From Nitrospirota bacterium (GTDB lineage: Bacteria; Nitrospirota; UBA9217): a stretch of 64,000 bases of DNA. Below the pieces are notes generated by a model. That model ran no database searches. It was not told where the DNA came from and was given only the letters and a program-made list of their open reading frames with translations. Each line of letters starts with the position of its first letter. Within the stretch, counting starts at the first letter, position 1. The DNA lies in assembly GCA_963663225.1 (NCBI GenBank), contig OY760142.1:1216001-1280000 (forward strand), written 5' to 3'. Shown here one piece after another: positions 31,385-41,657 of this stretch. The translations under genes were made by a program, and so were the position numbers.

Positions 31385-32092
31385 ATGACAACCATTTATA
31401 GAGCATTGAGTGTTTTCGTCATCGCACTGGCCGTTCTGCTGCCGGGCTGCAATAAAGGATCCGACAGTGCCGTCCTGGCGAAAATAAACAGGGAGAAAAT
31501 CACTGTTGCTGATTTCAAAAAACAATATGATGATCTGGCCCCGCAGCTGCAGGAGGCCGTGGCCGCCGACCCCAAAATGCGCAAGGACTATATCGAAGAC
31601 CTTATCGGCATTGAGCTGGTGATCCAGGAAGCAAAAAAGCAGGGACTCGACAAGGACGCGGAATTCGTAAAGAACATGGACGCACGGAAGAAAAAAATCG
31701 AGGAGTTCAAAAAACAGCTTGACCAGCAGAAAAAGCAGCTCGATGAACAGCTGCAAACCGCAACCCGGGACGAGCTCTTTAACAGCATGCTGAAAAAAGA
31801 TCTGAGCGAAAAACTGAACAGCCTGCCGGCGCCGACCGACAAGGAGGCACTGGATTTCTACAACAAGAACAAGGATAAAATCCGCACGCCGGACGGCAAG
31901 CAGATCAGTTTTAAGGACGTAGCGCCGCAGATAAAAATGCGGCTCATCCAGGAGAAACAACGTCCGATCTATATTGAATACACCAAGAATCTGAGAGCCA
32001 AAGCAAACGTGTCCGTAGACGACAAGGCGCTGGACGCAGCCGTTGCAAGCTGGTCGCAAACGACGGCACCGTCCAAAGAAGGAGCTAAATAA
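31385..32092 (+). CDS. SurA N-terminal-domain (PrsA-like) lipoprotein chaperone
   Basis: Lipobox LPGC; VLAKINREKIT; EAKKQGLDKD; LRAKANVSV. Confidence 0.75.
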   Translation: MTTIYRALSVFVIALAVLLPGCNKGSDSAVLAKINREKITVADFKKQYDDLAPQLQEAVAADPKMRKDYIEDLIGIELVIQEAKKQGLDKDAEFVKNMDARKKKIEEFKKQLDQQKKQLDEQLQTATRDELFNSMLKKDLSEKLNSLPAPTDKEALDFYNKNKDKIRTPDGKQISFKDVAPQIKMRLIQEKQRPIYIEYTKNLRAKANVSVDDKALDAAVASWSQTTAPSKEGAK

Positions 32093-32102
32093 CACCTCCA
32101 CC

Positions 32103-33047
32103 ATGAATATGCTGCCGATGACAAAATATATAACCCCAGTGCTGCTGCTGGGGTTATTGTTTTTTTCCTGCAAAAAAAAGGACGAAGGCGATCAGGGGCG
32201 CACGGCCACGGCTGACGCAAAAGTGGTGGCAACCGTAAACGGGGACCCGATAACGCTTTCCGAGTTTCAGGAGCGATTTGCCCGCGCCGGGCTCAAGGCC
32301 GAACGCGACGCGAGCCGTGCCGTGAAAGAAGAATTTTTGAACCGGCTGATAGAACGCACGATGATGCTGCGCGAAGCCCAGCGAAAAAGAATCAAAGTCG
32401 GCACACCGGAAATAGACAAGCGGGTTGAAGCGTTCCGCAGCGAACACGGAAAAGACATCGCGGCGGAACTGGCGGGGCTCGGCGTCGATTTTGAAAAGTG
32501 GAAGTCCGACCTCTGGGAAGAGCTCATGATTCAGCGTTTGCTCGAAAGCGAGGTCTACCGGCGCGTTTCCCTGTCATCTGCTGACGTGCGCCGGTACTAC
32601 CAGGCCAATCCCCAGGAGTTTGAAAAGCCCGAGCAGGTGCGCGTGCGCCAGATCGTGGTTCCTGCCGAGGACGACGCGAAAAAAGTGCTGGAGCTTTTGC
32701 ATGCGGGCGGGGATTTTGCCGCCATTGCGCACGACAAGTCTACGGCGCCGGAAGCCGCAAAGGGCGGCGATCTTGGTTATTTCGCCATGGGAGATATGCC
32801 GAAAGAATTCAACGTGGTGTTCGGGCTTCCCAAAGGCGGCGTGAGCGGGATTATCAAGAGCCCCTATGGGTACCATATCTTCAAACTCGTGGACAAGCGG
32901 CATGCGGGGAAAATCACCTTCGAGGAAGCCAGGAAAGAAATCGAAGAAAAGCTGCGGCATGAAAAAGAAGACGTGCGGTACAAACAATGGTTGACAGACC
33001 TGCGGGCAAAAACGAAATTTGAAGTAAACTACAAAGCCCTGGAATAA
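32103..33047 (+). CDS. Parvulin-type peptidyl-prolyl isomerase lipoprotein
   Basis: VATVNGDPIT, VRVRQIVV, GGDLGYF and SPYGYHIFKL motifs. Confidence 0.88.
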   Translation: MNMLPMTKYITPVLLLGLLFFSCKKKDEGDQGRTATADAKVVATVNGDPITLSEFQERFARAGLKAERDASRAVKEEFLNRLIERTMMLREAQRKRIKVGTPEIDKRVEAFRSEHGKDIAAELAGLGVDFEKWKSDLWEELMIQRLLESEVYRRVSLSSADVRRYYQANPQEFEKPEQVRVRQIVVPAEDDAKKVLELLHAGGDFAAIAHDKSTAPEAAKGGDLGYFAMGDMPKEFNVVFGLPKGGVSGIIKSPYGYHIFKLVDKRHAGKITFEEARKEIEEKLRHEKEDVRYKQWLTDLRAKTKFEVNYKALE

Positions 33048-33096
33048 CGCCCACCCCGGCAATGCAGCGGGTTTTCAACCGAAAGTAAGCTGTCCT

Positions 33097-34179
33097 TTAG
33101 CGGTCAGCGGCCGTGGTCGTTCCCCCGGATGCCAGCTGAATTTTTCCGATGTCCGACTCGATTTCAAACTCCGTGTCAAAACGCTCCGAAGCGTCCTGTA
33201 ACGCTTCCAGCACCTCAGCAGCAGCCTTGCCTTTCAGCACCCGCGGCTGGTACTTTACCCGGTAATTATTCACACCCAGAGGAACCGCCTCCGCCCTGAC
33301 AAGACTCTTGCCCTTAAAGGTCAAAAGGAGTATGATACTGCTGTTTGTATTGTTGCTTTCGGACCCGAAGACGAAATTTCCGAGGCTGTACGCTATGAGA
33401 CGGCCCTTGTAAATTTCGATTTCCTGCAGTACATGAGGATGGTGGCCCAGCACGAGGTCTGCGCCCCAGTCTATGGCCTGATGCCCCAGCTCCACTTGAT
33501 ACTCTTTGGCCGCTGTCATCAGTTCAGCGCCCCAGTGAAACGAGACCACCACGAGATCAGCCAAAGGGCGGATTTTTTCCACATCAGCTTTTACAAATTC
33601 CTGATACCCCGGCGCGGTGCCCGGACGCTTCGCTGAAGCGTAGAATTCAAGCGGAAAGGTGAGGGAATACGAAAGAAAGGCAACTGTTTTTCCCTTGATT
33701 TTCAGGATCGCGGGTGCGCGTGCATCCTCAATGTCCATCCCCGCCCCTGAATAGAGAATCCCGTTTTCGTCGAGAATTTCAAGCGTGTCCTGCAGCGCCA
33801 GCGGGCCGAAGTCCATGGAATGATTGTTGGCCAGCGTAACCACGTGGACACCGGCTGCCGCGAGAGCTTCTACGGCGACCGGTCCGGCGCGAAGCGTGAA
33901 CTTCTTGTTTTCCACGGCAGTACCGCGCGTGGAAATCGGCGACTCGAGGTTGCCTACAACAATATCCGCCTTGTCGAGAAACGGCTGCACCTCGACAAAC
34001 GGATACTGCGGACCGAACTTCTTTAAAACCGGTTCGGTCCGATGCCCGAGCATGATGTCGCCGACCGCGGCGATCGTGATTTCCTCCGGCTGTGCCGCCG
34101 TCGGTTCCGCGGCAAGGGCGAATGACGCAAGAGCAAGCGCAGTAATAGCAGTAAGAAACGAAGCAACGGTTTTTTTCAT
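33097..34179 (-). CDS. CapA/PgsA family metallophosphoesterase
   Basis: VGDIML, GNLESP, LANNHSMDFG, HWGAE, GHHPHV and YSLGNF motifs; signal peptide. Confidence 0.9.
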   Translation of the reverse strand: MKKTVASFLTAITALALASFALAAEPTAAQPEEITIAAVGDIMLGHRTEPVLKKFGPQYPFVEVQPFLDKADIVVGNLESPISTRGTAVENKKFTLRAGPVAVEALAAAGVHVVTLANNHSMDFGPLALQDTLEILDENGILYSGAGMDIEDARAPAILKIKGKTVAFLSYSLTFPLEFYASAKRPGTAPGYQEFVKADVEKIRPLADLVVVSFHWGAELMTAAKEYQVELGHQAIDWGADLVLGHHPHVLQEIEIYKGRLIAYSLGNFVFGSESNNTNSSIILLLTFKGKSLVRAEAVPLGVNNYRVKYQPRVLKGKAAAEVLEALQDASERFDTEFEIESDIGKIQLASGGTTTAADR

Positions 34180-34273
34180 ACTATACTGGATAATAATCAA
34201 CTTGGTTTCAAAAGGCAATAAAAAAGAAAATCAGCATTTCCAATCCAACGTATAACGAGCAGGAAACTAAAAC

Positions 34274-35218
34274 ATGGCTAAAAAAATCTTCTTATCGATT
34301 GTGATGTTAACAGGCCTTTTTCTTTTCTCAGGCCTGCAGGGCGCCGCAACCGGCTCCCTTGTTGTGGACCGGGTGGTTGCCGTTGTGAACGGCGAGATTA
34401 TCACGCTTTCCGATCTGCAGCGTGAGGAGACCCTCAATAAGAAAAAAGAACCAAAATTGGACACGCGTCATATTCTTGAGGACATGATTGACAGAAAACT
34501 GCAGATGACTGCCGCAAAACGCGCCGGCATGGACGTTACGGACAAGGAATTGAGCGAAGCCGTTTCGGACATAGAAAAACGAAATAATATGGACAACAGA
34601 CAGTTCGAGGCGGCCTTGGCCAAAGAAGGGCTGACCCTTGAACAATACAAGTCGGATCTGAAGGAGCAGATGACGCTTTCGCGCGTTTTCAACAAATTCG
34701 TGCGCGCCGGCATTGCTGTGGACGAGGCAGAAGCACGCGCATTTTACCAGAAAAACCTGAAGGTATATTCCCTTCCTGAAGAGATCCGCGTACGGCAGAT
34801 ATTCATTCCGGTGCCGGAAAAAGCGAAAGCGGACAAGATTGCCGCGGCAAAAGAAAAAGCACAGGCATTGTATGAGCGCGCGAAAAAGGGAGAAGACTTT
34901 ATCGGCCTTGTCCGCGAGGGATCGGAAGGCGTGACCGCCCAGCACGACGGCGATCTGGGCTTCATGCAAAGGGACCAGGTGATTCCCGAGATTGCAGCGG
35001 CCATTCAGAATCTTCAGCCCGGCGAGATTGCAAAACCGTTCCTCGGCGCCGGCGGCTATAATATTATCCTGCTCGAAGAAACGCGCTCGCCGATCAAACC
35101 GTTCGAGAGTGTCAAGGAAGAGATTCTGAATATTCTCTATCAGCAGAAGCTGGATAATTCCTACCGGAACTGGCTCCAGACACTCAGAAGCGATTCGCAT
35201 ATAGAAAACAAACTGTAG
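34274..35218 (+). CDS. surA: SurA-family chaperone/PPIase
   Basis: VVDRVVAVVNGEIITLSDL N-terminus and parvulin GDLGF. Confidence 0.8.
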   Translation: MAKKIFLSIVMLTGLFLFSGLQGAATGSLVVDRVVAVVNGEIITLSDLQREETLNKKKEPKLDTRHILEDMIDRKLQMTAAKRAGMDVTDKELSEAVSDIEKRNNMDNRQFEAALAKEGLTLEQYKSDLKEQMTLSRVFNKFVRAGIAVDEAEARAFYQKNLKVYSLPEEIRVRQIFIPVPEKAKADKIAAAKEKAQALYERAKKGEDFIGLVREGSEGVTAQHDGDLGFMQRDQVIPEIAAAIQNLQPGEIAKPFLGAGGYNIILLEETRSPIKPFESVKEEILNILYQQKLDNSYRNWLQTLRSDSHIENKL

Positions 35219-35266
35219 CGGGGATTCCGGGCGTTCTCTATCTCTATTTTTCTTTCATCAATCCAC

Positions 35267-36430
35267 ATGAAAACAGTAAAGCTAAAGCACAAAGAAGAGC
35301 GGCGCGTTTTGCGCGGGCACCCCTGGGTGTTCAGCAACGAACTTCAGCACACCAAGGAGACATTTCTTCCCGGCGAACTGGTGGATGTGCTTGACGCGTC
35401 CGGCCGGTTTGTCGGCAGAGGGTATATCAATCCCCATACCCTGATAGCGGTCCGCATTGTAACACGGAAACAGGAAGCAATTAATCAGGAGTTTTTTCAC
35501 ACGAGGCTGGCCACAGCGCACGCCCTGCGAACCGCGCTCGGGCTTGCTGATTCGTTCCGGGCCGTGTTCAGCGAAGGAGACAATCTGCCGGGATTGATCG
35601 TGGACAAATACGCCGACACGCTGGTCGTGCAGTCATCCACGGCCGGCATGGACAATCTTCTCCCGGAATTAATTCCCGCGCTGCAGCAGGAGTTTTCCCC
35701 GAACGCAATTGTTCTCCGGAACGACATGGCCTCCCGCGAGTTGGAAGGACTGTCCCTTGAAACGCGCGTCCTGCATGGAGAACTCGGAGGGCCCGTCCTT
35801 ATTCAGGAGTCAGGCATCCAATACGAAGTCGATCTGCTCCAGGGCCAGAAAACAGGTTTTTTTTTCGACCAGCGGGAAAACCGGCTGGCAATCAAGGATT
35901 ACGTGAACGGGGAGCGGGTGCTCGACTGTTTCTGCTATGTCGGCGCCTGGTCGCTTACTGCTGCGCGCTTCGGCGCCTCAGAAGTCATCGGACTCGATTC
36001 ATCAGAACGGGCCATCGCGAGCGCCTCCTTCAACGCGGAACTGAACGGATTGTCCGTGCAATTCAAAAAAGCCGATGTTTTCGAGGAACTGCGGCTGCTC
36101 GAAAAAAATCGGGAACACTTCGGCAGCATCATTCTTGATCCTCCTGCGTTCGTAAAGAACAGGGCGAAAGTGCGCGAAGCGCTGAAGGGCTACAAGGAAA
36201 TCAACCGCAGGGCAATGCAGCTGCTCGAACCGCACGGCATCCTCGTGTCCTGCTCATGTTCGCACCATATAGACCAGGCGTTGTTCAGGGAAATGCTGCT
36301 CGATGCAGCATATTCCGCCGGCAGACAGGCGAGGCTCCTCGAGATGCGCGCGCAGTCCCGGGACCATCCGATTCTTCTTGCGGCGCGGGAAACCGAGTAT
36401 CTGAAATGCGCGATTCTGGTTGTTGACTGA
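35267..36430 (+). CDS. RlmI-like SAM-dependent rRNA methyltransferase
   Basis: GHPWVFSNE PUA domain, GQKTGFFFDQRENR, LDPPAF and YLKC motifs. Confidence 0.9.
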   Translation: MKTVKLKHKEERRVLRGHPWVFSNELQHTKETFLPGELVDVLDASGRFVGRGYINPHTLIAVRIVTRKQEAINQEFFHTRLATAHALRTALGLADSFRAVFSEGDNLPGLIVDKYADTLVVQSSTAGMDNLLPELIPALQQEFSPNAIVLRNDMASRELEGLSLETRVLHGELGGPVLIQESGIQYEVDLLQGQKTGFFFDQRENRLAIKDYVNGERVLDCFCYVGAWSLTAARFGASEVIGLDSSERAIASASFNAELNGLSVQFKKADVFEELRLLEKNREHFGSIILDPPAFVKNRAKVREALKGYKEINRRAMQLLEPHGILVSCSCSHHIDQALFREMLLDAAYSAGRQARLLEMRAQSRDHPILLAARETEYLKCAILVVD

Positions 36431-36455
36431 TGCTGCGGAAAAATACTTTTTTAGC

Positions 36456-36484
36456 TTGACTAACACCCATCCTCTGGGTAAGAT
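36456..36484 (+). promoter_or_regulatory. Sigma70 promoter of tRNA-Val
   Basis: TTGACT-N17-TAAGAT. Confidence 0.65.
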
Positions 36485-36497
36485 GTTAACCGTTTCA

Positions 36498-36572
36498 GGG
36501 CGCTTAGCTCAGCGGGAGAGCACTGCCTTCACACGGCAGGGGCCACTGGTTCAATCCCAGTAGCGCCCACCA
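36498..36572 (+). tRNA. tRNA-Val (anticodon CAC)
   Basis: GGGCGCT/AGCGCCC acceptor stem, CTGCC-TTCACAC-GGCAG anticodon arm, GGTTCAATCC T-loop and encoded CCA. Confidence 0.95.
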
Positions 36573-36738
36573 TTTTTCCATAATAACACGTGGGTTTTTC
36601 TTACGGATTTTTGTTTGTCCGAATAAAAATGTAACGCAGGTTTTTGAGGCCAAATTCAAAGTTGAACGGAATACCGAGCACAATTCAAGGCAGTAGTAAA
36701 CGTTTTTTCTGCTTCGGCGTAGGTGGTTCGCTTCAACT

Positions 36739-38052
36739 CTATTTCGACCGCATCAACTGCGGCGTCTGTTCACTATTATACTGCTTTCGTGCGATCCGCT
36801 CTACCTGAGGCTTGAGATAGCTGTAAAGATCATCTATTTTCAGCGAACCATCCTGGGTCGTTACGCCCTCATTCTTGATGCCTTTGAGCAAAAAATATGT
36901 GAAGAGCCCATGGCCTTTTTCCTCATAGGTAGAGCTTATCTGATCACCCTGAGAAGCCGAGATAACCGTCATGTTCCTAGATGGCACTGAATTGTTTTGA
37001 AGGTTCATAACAAGCGGACGCGCGCCCTTGGCCAGCACCGAGCGCCCTCCCGCACCGGAGAAGCAAGAATCAAGAGCGACAATGATTTCCTTCGCGGGCA
37101 ACTTCCCAAGCGCATCATACATTCTTTTCAGCGAGTAGCCGGTTTCTGCAATAAACGTTGGATCTCCGTCATAGGGCACCAGATAAGCCCCTCCTGTCTT
37201 GGGTTCCGGTGCACCATGGCCCGAGTAGTACACAAATACGGTGCTCTCTTTCTCGACATTATTTGGGAGCCATTTTTCGAAGTATTTTACAAAGTCGACA
37301 TTGGTGGCATTTTCGTTCAGCAAGGTGACAACGTTTTCTTCAGGATACCCAAGGGCTTTGGTGAGGTAATCAACAACTAACCTCGCATCCTGGGTTGCGT
37401 AATCCGCCCTCGGCAACTTCTGGCGGTAGTTTTGAATGCCGATCACAACAGCGTAGGCTTTACTGTTCTGCTTGGTTTTTACTACCGGCACGACATCAAT
37501 ATCCGACCGCTGCATAGAAGAATCTTCACTGGATAATGAAGAAGCATCGTCATCCGCAAACTGTTCCTGCTGTTGTTTCTGCAACGTTTTTTTTCGAGAG
37601 GGAACGGCTGCGGTCTGTTCTCGTTTTTGAGCTGCTACTACTGTTTCTCCTCCGCGATTAGCGCCGTAGTCAAACAAAAGCCTTACCATCTTGGTGTTTT
37701 TCTTGCACTCCGCGATAAACAGAGGCGTCCCGCAATTACAACTTGCCGCCCATCCGTCCCCACAGCTTATTTTATTTACGTCCGCTCCTCTCTCGAGCAT
37801 AAGACGGACGATATCCAGCCGGGCATTATTGAACACCGCCTCATGCAAAGGTGACAAACCGGGCATTACACGCGCGTTAACGTCAGCGCCATTATTTAAT
37901 AAATCTTCCACTTCCTTAATATCTCCCCGTTTTGCAGCTCTGCCCAAGGAGGAAACAGTTGCACATCCTGTCGTCAACAGAAACAAAAAAACGACAAACG
38001 CCACGCCGATACAAGAAAATATTGATTTTGAAGGATTCTCTCTTTTCACCAT
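36739..38052 (-). CDS. Lipoprotein with ankyrin repeats and a caspase-like (peptidase C14) domain
   Basis: Lipobox TTGC; ankyrin repeats (LLNNGADVN, SPLHEAV, TPLFIA); YSGHG and LDSCFSG His-Cys dyad. Confidence 0.9.
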   Translation of the reverse strand: MVKRENPSKSIFSCIGVAFVVFLFLLTTGCATVSSLGRAAKRGDIKEVEDLLNNGADVNARVMPGLSPLHEAVFNNARLDIVRLMLERGADVNKISCGDGWAASCNCGTPLFIAECKKNTKMVRLLFDYGANRGGETVVAAQKREQTAAVPSRKKTLQKQQQEQFADDDASSLSSEDSSMQRSDIDVVPVVKTKQNSKAYAVVIGIQNYRQKLPRADYATQDARLVVDYLTKALGYPEENVVTLLNENATNVDFVKYFEKWLPNNVEKESTVFVYYSGHGAPEPKTGGAYLVPYDGDPTFIAETGYSLKRMYDALGKLPAKEIIVALDSCFSGAGGRSVLAKGARPLVMNLQNNSVPSRNMTVISASQGDQISSTYEEKGHGLFTYFLLKGIKNEGVTTQDGSLKIDDLYSYLKPQVERIARKQYNSEQTPQLMRSK

Positions 38053-38438
38053 GGCCTCCAGCAAATTCAGGAAAAGCGACATACAGTATTTTTTGGTTAT
38101 TACAGAGAAAATTCAACTTGTTAAATGTATAACAGGGCCAGGGGATAAATGCAAGAAAAAAGGGTTATGATATTTTTCAGGTTCAGGCTTAATATCTGCA
38201 AGAGATTGCTGGAAGTAGCTTGTTGTACGGGGTATTTGGAGCTGAGGAATAATATTTGAACTGACAAACCAAAATAAAACTCTAGATGCTAATTCTGCAA
38301 ATGGTCTTGTTATAGTAACCTTTTTGAAACTGTCTAACTATTTTGTAACTACTTGACAAAATATATTATTAGATGATACGGTCACTTAACAGCAAAGAAA
38401 AATATCAGTCCAAACCGCAGGAACGGAAGGAGGCCGAT

Positions 38439-38996
38439 ATGACAAAAGAAAAAATCGGTAATAATATATTTATTCCCATGCCGGTATGTATTGTCGGTGC
38501 GATATGCAACGGCAAAGAAAACTACATGGCAGTAGGCTGGATCACGAGAGTAAACGGCAATCCTCCAATGGTCGGAATCGGAATAGGCAATAAACACCAC
38601 ACGTGGAAAGGGATAACCGAACATGGGGAGTTTAGTGTTAACTTCCCTGCGGCAAACGACCTAAAGAAAACGGACTACGTCGGCATTGTGTCAGGGGCCG
38701 TAAAAGACAAGTCTCAGCTGTATACGGCACGGTATGAAAATCTTAAAAGAGCGCCCCTTATAGAGGAATGTCCCTTATCTCTGGAATGTAAACTGGTTCA
38801 GAAAATGGAGCTTCCCACGCATACGCTTTTTTTGGGCGAAATCGTCGGCGCCTATGCTGACCCGAAATACATGATTGATCATAATTTCAGCTACGAAAAA
38901 GCGGGAGCGTTCCTGCTGACCATGATGGACAATACGTACTGGAGTTTCGGAAAGAAAATCGGCGATGCGTGGAAGGATGGAAAAAGCTTTCAATAG
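38439..38996 (+). CDS. Flavin reductase family protein (flavoredoxin-like)
   Basis: PMPVCIVGA, GEFSVNFP, APLIEECPLSLECK and HTLFLGEIV motifs. Confidence 0.88.
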   Translation: MTKEKIGNNIFIPMPVCIVGAICNGKENYMAVGWITRVNGNPPMVGIGIGNKHHTWKGITEHGEFSVNFPAANDLKKTDYVGIVSGAVKDKSQLYTARYENLKRAPLIEECPLSLECKLVQKMELPTHTLFLGEIVGAYADPKYMIDHNFSYEKAGAFLLTMMDNTYWSFGKKIGDAWKDGKSFQ

Positions 38997-39061
38997 ATTT
39001 TCGGTATGCGCGCGATAGGAAAATTGCATAAGGATTATCCGGAAACCCCAGGGAGGCGCCA

Positions 39062-40081
39062 GTGAACAAGACTGATACCACTACCGATATAAAAGAAAAG
39101 GCATATGCGCTCGGCTATGATTTATGCGGGACCATTCCGGCAGATTCCTTGAACGAATACACTGCGTTTCTCGATAAACGGGTGGAACGGTTTCCGCAAT
39201 CGCGCCATTTATACGAACAACTCTACGCGCTGGGTTCACCCGAGAAAAAAGAAGCATGGGCGAAATCAATCGTTGTCTGCGTAAGACGGTATAATAAATA
39301 CAAAATTCCGGCGAATGCAAACAAATACTTTGGAAAATTGTATTTGTTTGACCGCAGATTGCCGTACACGGAAGGCTACAAAAGCGCAGCCTTATTCGAA
39401 GAATATCTTCAAAGCAAAGGAATGAAGTGTTTTAAGGACTCGACTGCTGCCAGATTGGCGGCGGTGAAAGCAGGTCTGGGGCATTTTGGGAAAAATAATT
39501 TTCTCTATACCCGGCACGGGTCATGGGTCACCGTGGATACCTGGACGGTGAGCGCCGAGCTGGACTATGATGGTCCGAAGGAAGTCAGCTCCGCGTGCCC
39601 GCCGAACTGCACCACGTGCATTGATGCCTGTCCCACGCGAGCAATGGCAGGTCCCTACGCAATGGACAGGGGATTATGCATAGCGCAGCTGTCCTTTTTT
39701 TCTACCGACCTTCCTGAAGAACAGGTGCGGGAGCAAATGGGGACCTGGTTATACGGGTGCGATGTATGCCAGGATGTGTGCCCGAAAAACAGCGGGTTAT
39801 GGAAGGAAGAAGAGGAGTTTCCAAGGTTGAATTCCCTCGCGGGGCTGTTAACCCCGGACAGGATCGCAGAAATGGGTGAACAAAGGTACCTTGAGACAAT
39901 TCAACCGAGATTCTGGTACATCAACAAAGAAAGCATCTGGCTCTGGAAGTCCAACGCGATACGGGCAATGGCAAACAGCAATGACTCCAGGTACCATCCG
40001 TATATCAGGCAGGCCTGTCAGGAACACGATGCAAAAATTAAAAGCATGGCAAATTGGGCCTGCAAAAAGCTCGGCATTTAA
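39062..40081 (+). CDS. Epoxyqueuosine reductase (QueG)-like Fe-S protein
   Basis: AGLGHFGKN, CPPNCTTCIDACPT and YGCDVCQDVCP motifs; HEAT-like C-terminus. Confidence 0.82.
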   Translation: MNKTDTTTDIKEKAYALGYDLCGTIPADSLNEYTAFLDKRVERFPQSRHLYEQLYALGSPEKKEAWAKSIVVCVRRYNKYKIPANANKYFGKLYLFDRRLPYTEGYKSAALFEEYLQSKGMKCFKDSTAARLAAVKAGLGHFGKNNFLYTRHGSWVTVDTWTVSAELDYDGPKEVSSACPPNCTTCIDACPTRAMAGPYAMDRGLCIAQLSFFSTDLPEEQVREQMGTWLYGCDVCQDVCPKNSGLWKEEEEFPRLNSLAGLLTPDRIAEMGEQRYLETIQPRFWYINKESIWLWKSNAIRAMANSNDSRYHPYIRQACQEHDAKIKSMANWACKKLGI

Positions 40082-40095
40082 AAAAGGAGAGAACA

Positions 40096-40326
40096 ATGCC
40101 CCACATTATTGTAAAGCTGTATCCAGGAAGATCAGAGCAGCAGAAGACTCAGCTTGTCGAAACAATCGTGAAAGATGTTGTGGCAATAGTCAAGTGTGAA
40201 GAAAAATCCGTTTCCGTGGCTGTTGAAGAAATCAAACCGGAAGACTGGGTGGAAAAAGTGTATAAGCCGGATATACTTAGTAAGCAAGAGCAACTTTACA
40301 AAAAACCGGGCTACAACCCGTTATAA
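40096..40326 (+). CDS. Tautomerase (4-oxalocrotonate tautomerase/PptA family)
   Basis: N-terminal Pro (MPHIIVKLYPGRSEQQK) and LYKKPGY C-terminus. Confidence 0.88.
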   Translation: MPHIIVKLYPGRSEQQKTQLVETIVKDVVAIVKCEEKSVSVAVEEIKPEDWVEKVYKPDILSKQEQLYKKPGYNPL

Positions 40327-40394
40327 CGGCGATGGAAGCAAACACATAAATCAACCGCAGCACCCTGAGAAGATTCAATAAGAGGAGAACTAAT

Positions 40395-41009
40395 ATGAAA
40401 GCTATCGCAATAAACGGCAGTCCAAGGTCAGGCGGCAACACGGAAATTTTGCTCAAAAAAGTGCTGGAGCCGCTGAACGCCGCGGGGTGGAGCACGGAGT
40501 ACCTGAAAATCGGCGGCCAGGCGGTACGGGGTTGCATGGCCTGCTTTAAATGTTTTGAGAAGAAGGACAGGCGGTGCGTAATACAGCAGGATTCCATGAA
40601 TGAGTTTCTGGAAAAAATGTACGACGCCGACGCGATTATTCTCGGCTCACCGACCTATTTCACAGATGTGACTGCCGAAATGAAAGCTTTGCTTGACCGG
40701 TCGGGACTGGTGTCGCTGGCCAATGGCGCCCTGCTCAGGGGAAAAATAGGCGCTGCGGTCGTGGCCGTCCGGCGCGGCGGCGCCACGCATGTGTTCGACA
40801 GCATCAACCACATGTTTCTCATGTCTTCCATGATCGTGCCCGGTTCCATCTACTGGAACATGGGCATGGGGCTCGGCAAGGAAGAAGTTCTTCGTGATGA
40901 GGAAGCAATGCGCAACATGAATCATCTTGGACAAACAATCGCGTGGCTCGGCAAAGCGATCGTTTCAGCGCGCAATAGCTTTCCTGTGCCGCCGCTTGGC
41001 GAAGCATAG
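40395..41009 (+). CDS. Iron-sulfur flavoprotein (flavodoxin-like, Isf)
   Basis: INGSPR..GNT, CMACFKC..RC and GSPTYF motifs. Confidence 0.9.
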   Translation: MKAIAINGSPRSGGNTEILLKKVLEPLNAAGWSTEYLKIGGQAVRGCMACFKCFEKKDRRCVIQQDSMNEFLEKMYDADAIILGSPTYFTDVTAEMKALLDRSGLVSLANGALLRGKIGAAVVAVRRGGATHVFDSINHMFLMSSMIVPGSIYWNMGMGLGKEEVLRDEEAMRNMNHLGQTIAWLGKAIVSARNSFPVPPLGEA

Positions 41010-41029
41010 GTTCTTCGCGGGAAGCGCAT

Positions 41030-41608
41030 ATGAGACATGACCTGGAAAACAAGGCTGATGTAACGCTTATGCCCGGAGAAGCGTACATTACCGATAAACC
41101 GTTGATCATCACTACGATTCTGGGTTCCTGCCTGTCTTTTGTTTTATACAACAAACGACGCCGTCTTGCCGCGTTGTCTCATGCGCAGCTTCCCATGGAA
41201 AAAACACAGCACTGCTGTGTTGACAACTGCCCGGTAAAGTGCAATGCCGCGACCGAAGACAACCCTCTCAAGTATGTGGCCGGTTCCACCGAAACGCTGA
41301 TCGATACGATCCAATCTCTGGGAATAGCGCCGCGCGAGCTTGACGTGAAAATTTTCGGCGGCGCTGATGTGCTCAAGGTGGCCTATCCCACAAAGTCCAT
41401 AGGGAAGCAAAATATCGAAATGGCGCACGCGCTCATCGATAAATACAAAATGAAACTGGTCGCAGAGGACACGGGCGGAAAGCAGGGGAGAAAGATTGTT
41501 CTGAATGCAGGAACCGGCGATGTATGGGTAAAGAAAATCGTCAATGAAATGCGCGATACGCGCGATGACAGCGTGGGGATTGCCGATTATTTACACAAGC
41601 TGAAATAG
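41030..41608 (+). CDS. cheD: Chemoreceptor glutamine deamidase CheD
   Basis: TILGSC, H..LP, VKIFGGA, IGKQN and EDTGG..GRKI motifs. Confidence 0.88.
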   Translation: MRHDLENKADVTLMPGEAYITDKPLIITTILGSCLSFVLYNKRRRLAALSHAQLPMEKTQHCCVDNCPVKCNAATEDNPLKYVAGSTETLIDTIQSLGIAPRELDVKIFGGADVLKVAYPTKSIGKQNIEMAHALIDKYKMKLVAEDTGGKQGRKIVLNAGTGDVWVKKIVNEMRDTRDDSVGIADYLHKLK

Positions 41609-41657
41609 TGGAGGACGTCTGTTCAGGCAATAATCGATTTCTCACTTAGCCGTGATA

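Noticed and set aside
28876-32173. Long minus-strand ORFs (335, 282 and 322 aa)
   Set aside because: Antisense to mfd and the SurA-like gene; explained by codon bias.
33047-33085. GCCCACCCCGGCAATGCAGCGG, resembling the left half of an attC
   Set aside because: No AAC core, no complementary right half, and it lies among core genes.
36550-36572. tRNA-Val 3' end as attL with a matching attR
   Set aside because: No duplicate of the tRNA 3' end and no integrase found in the window.
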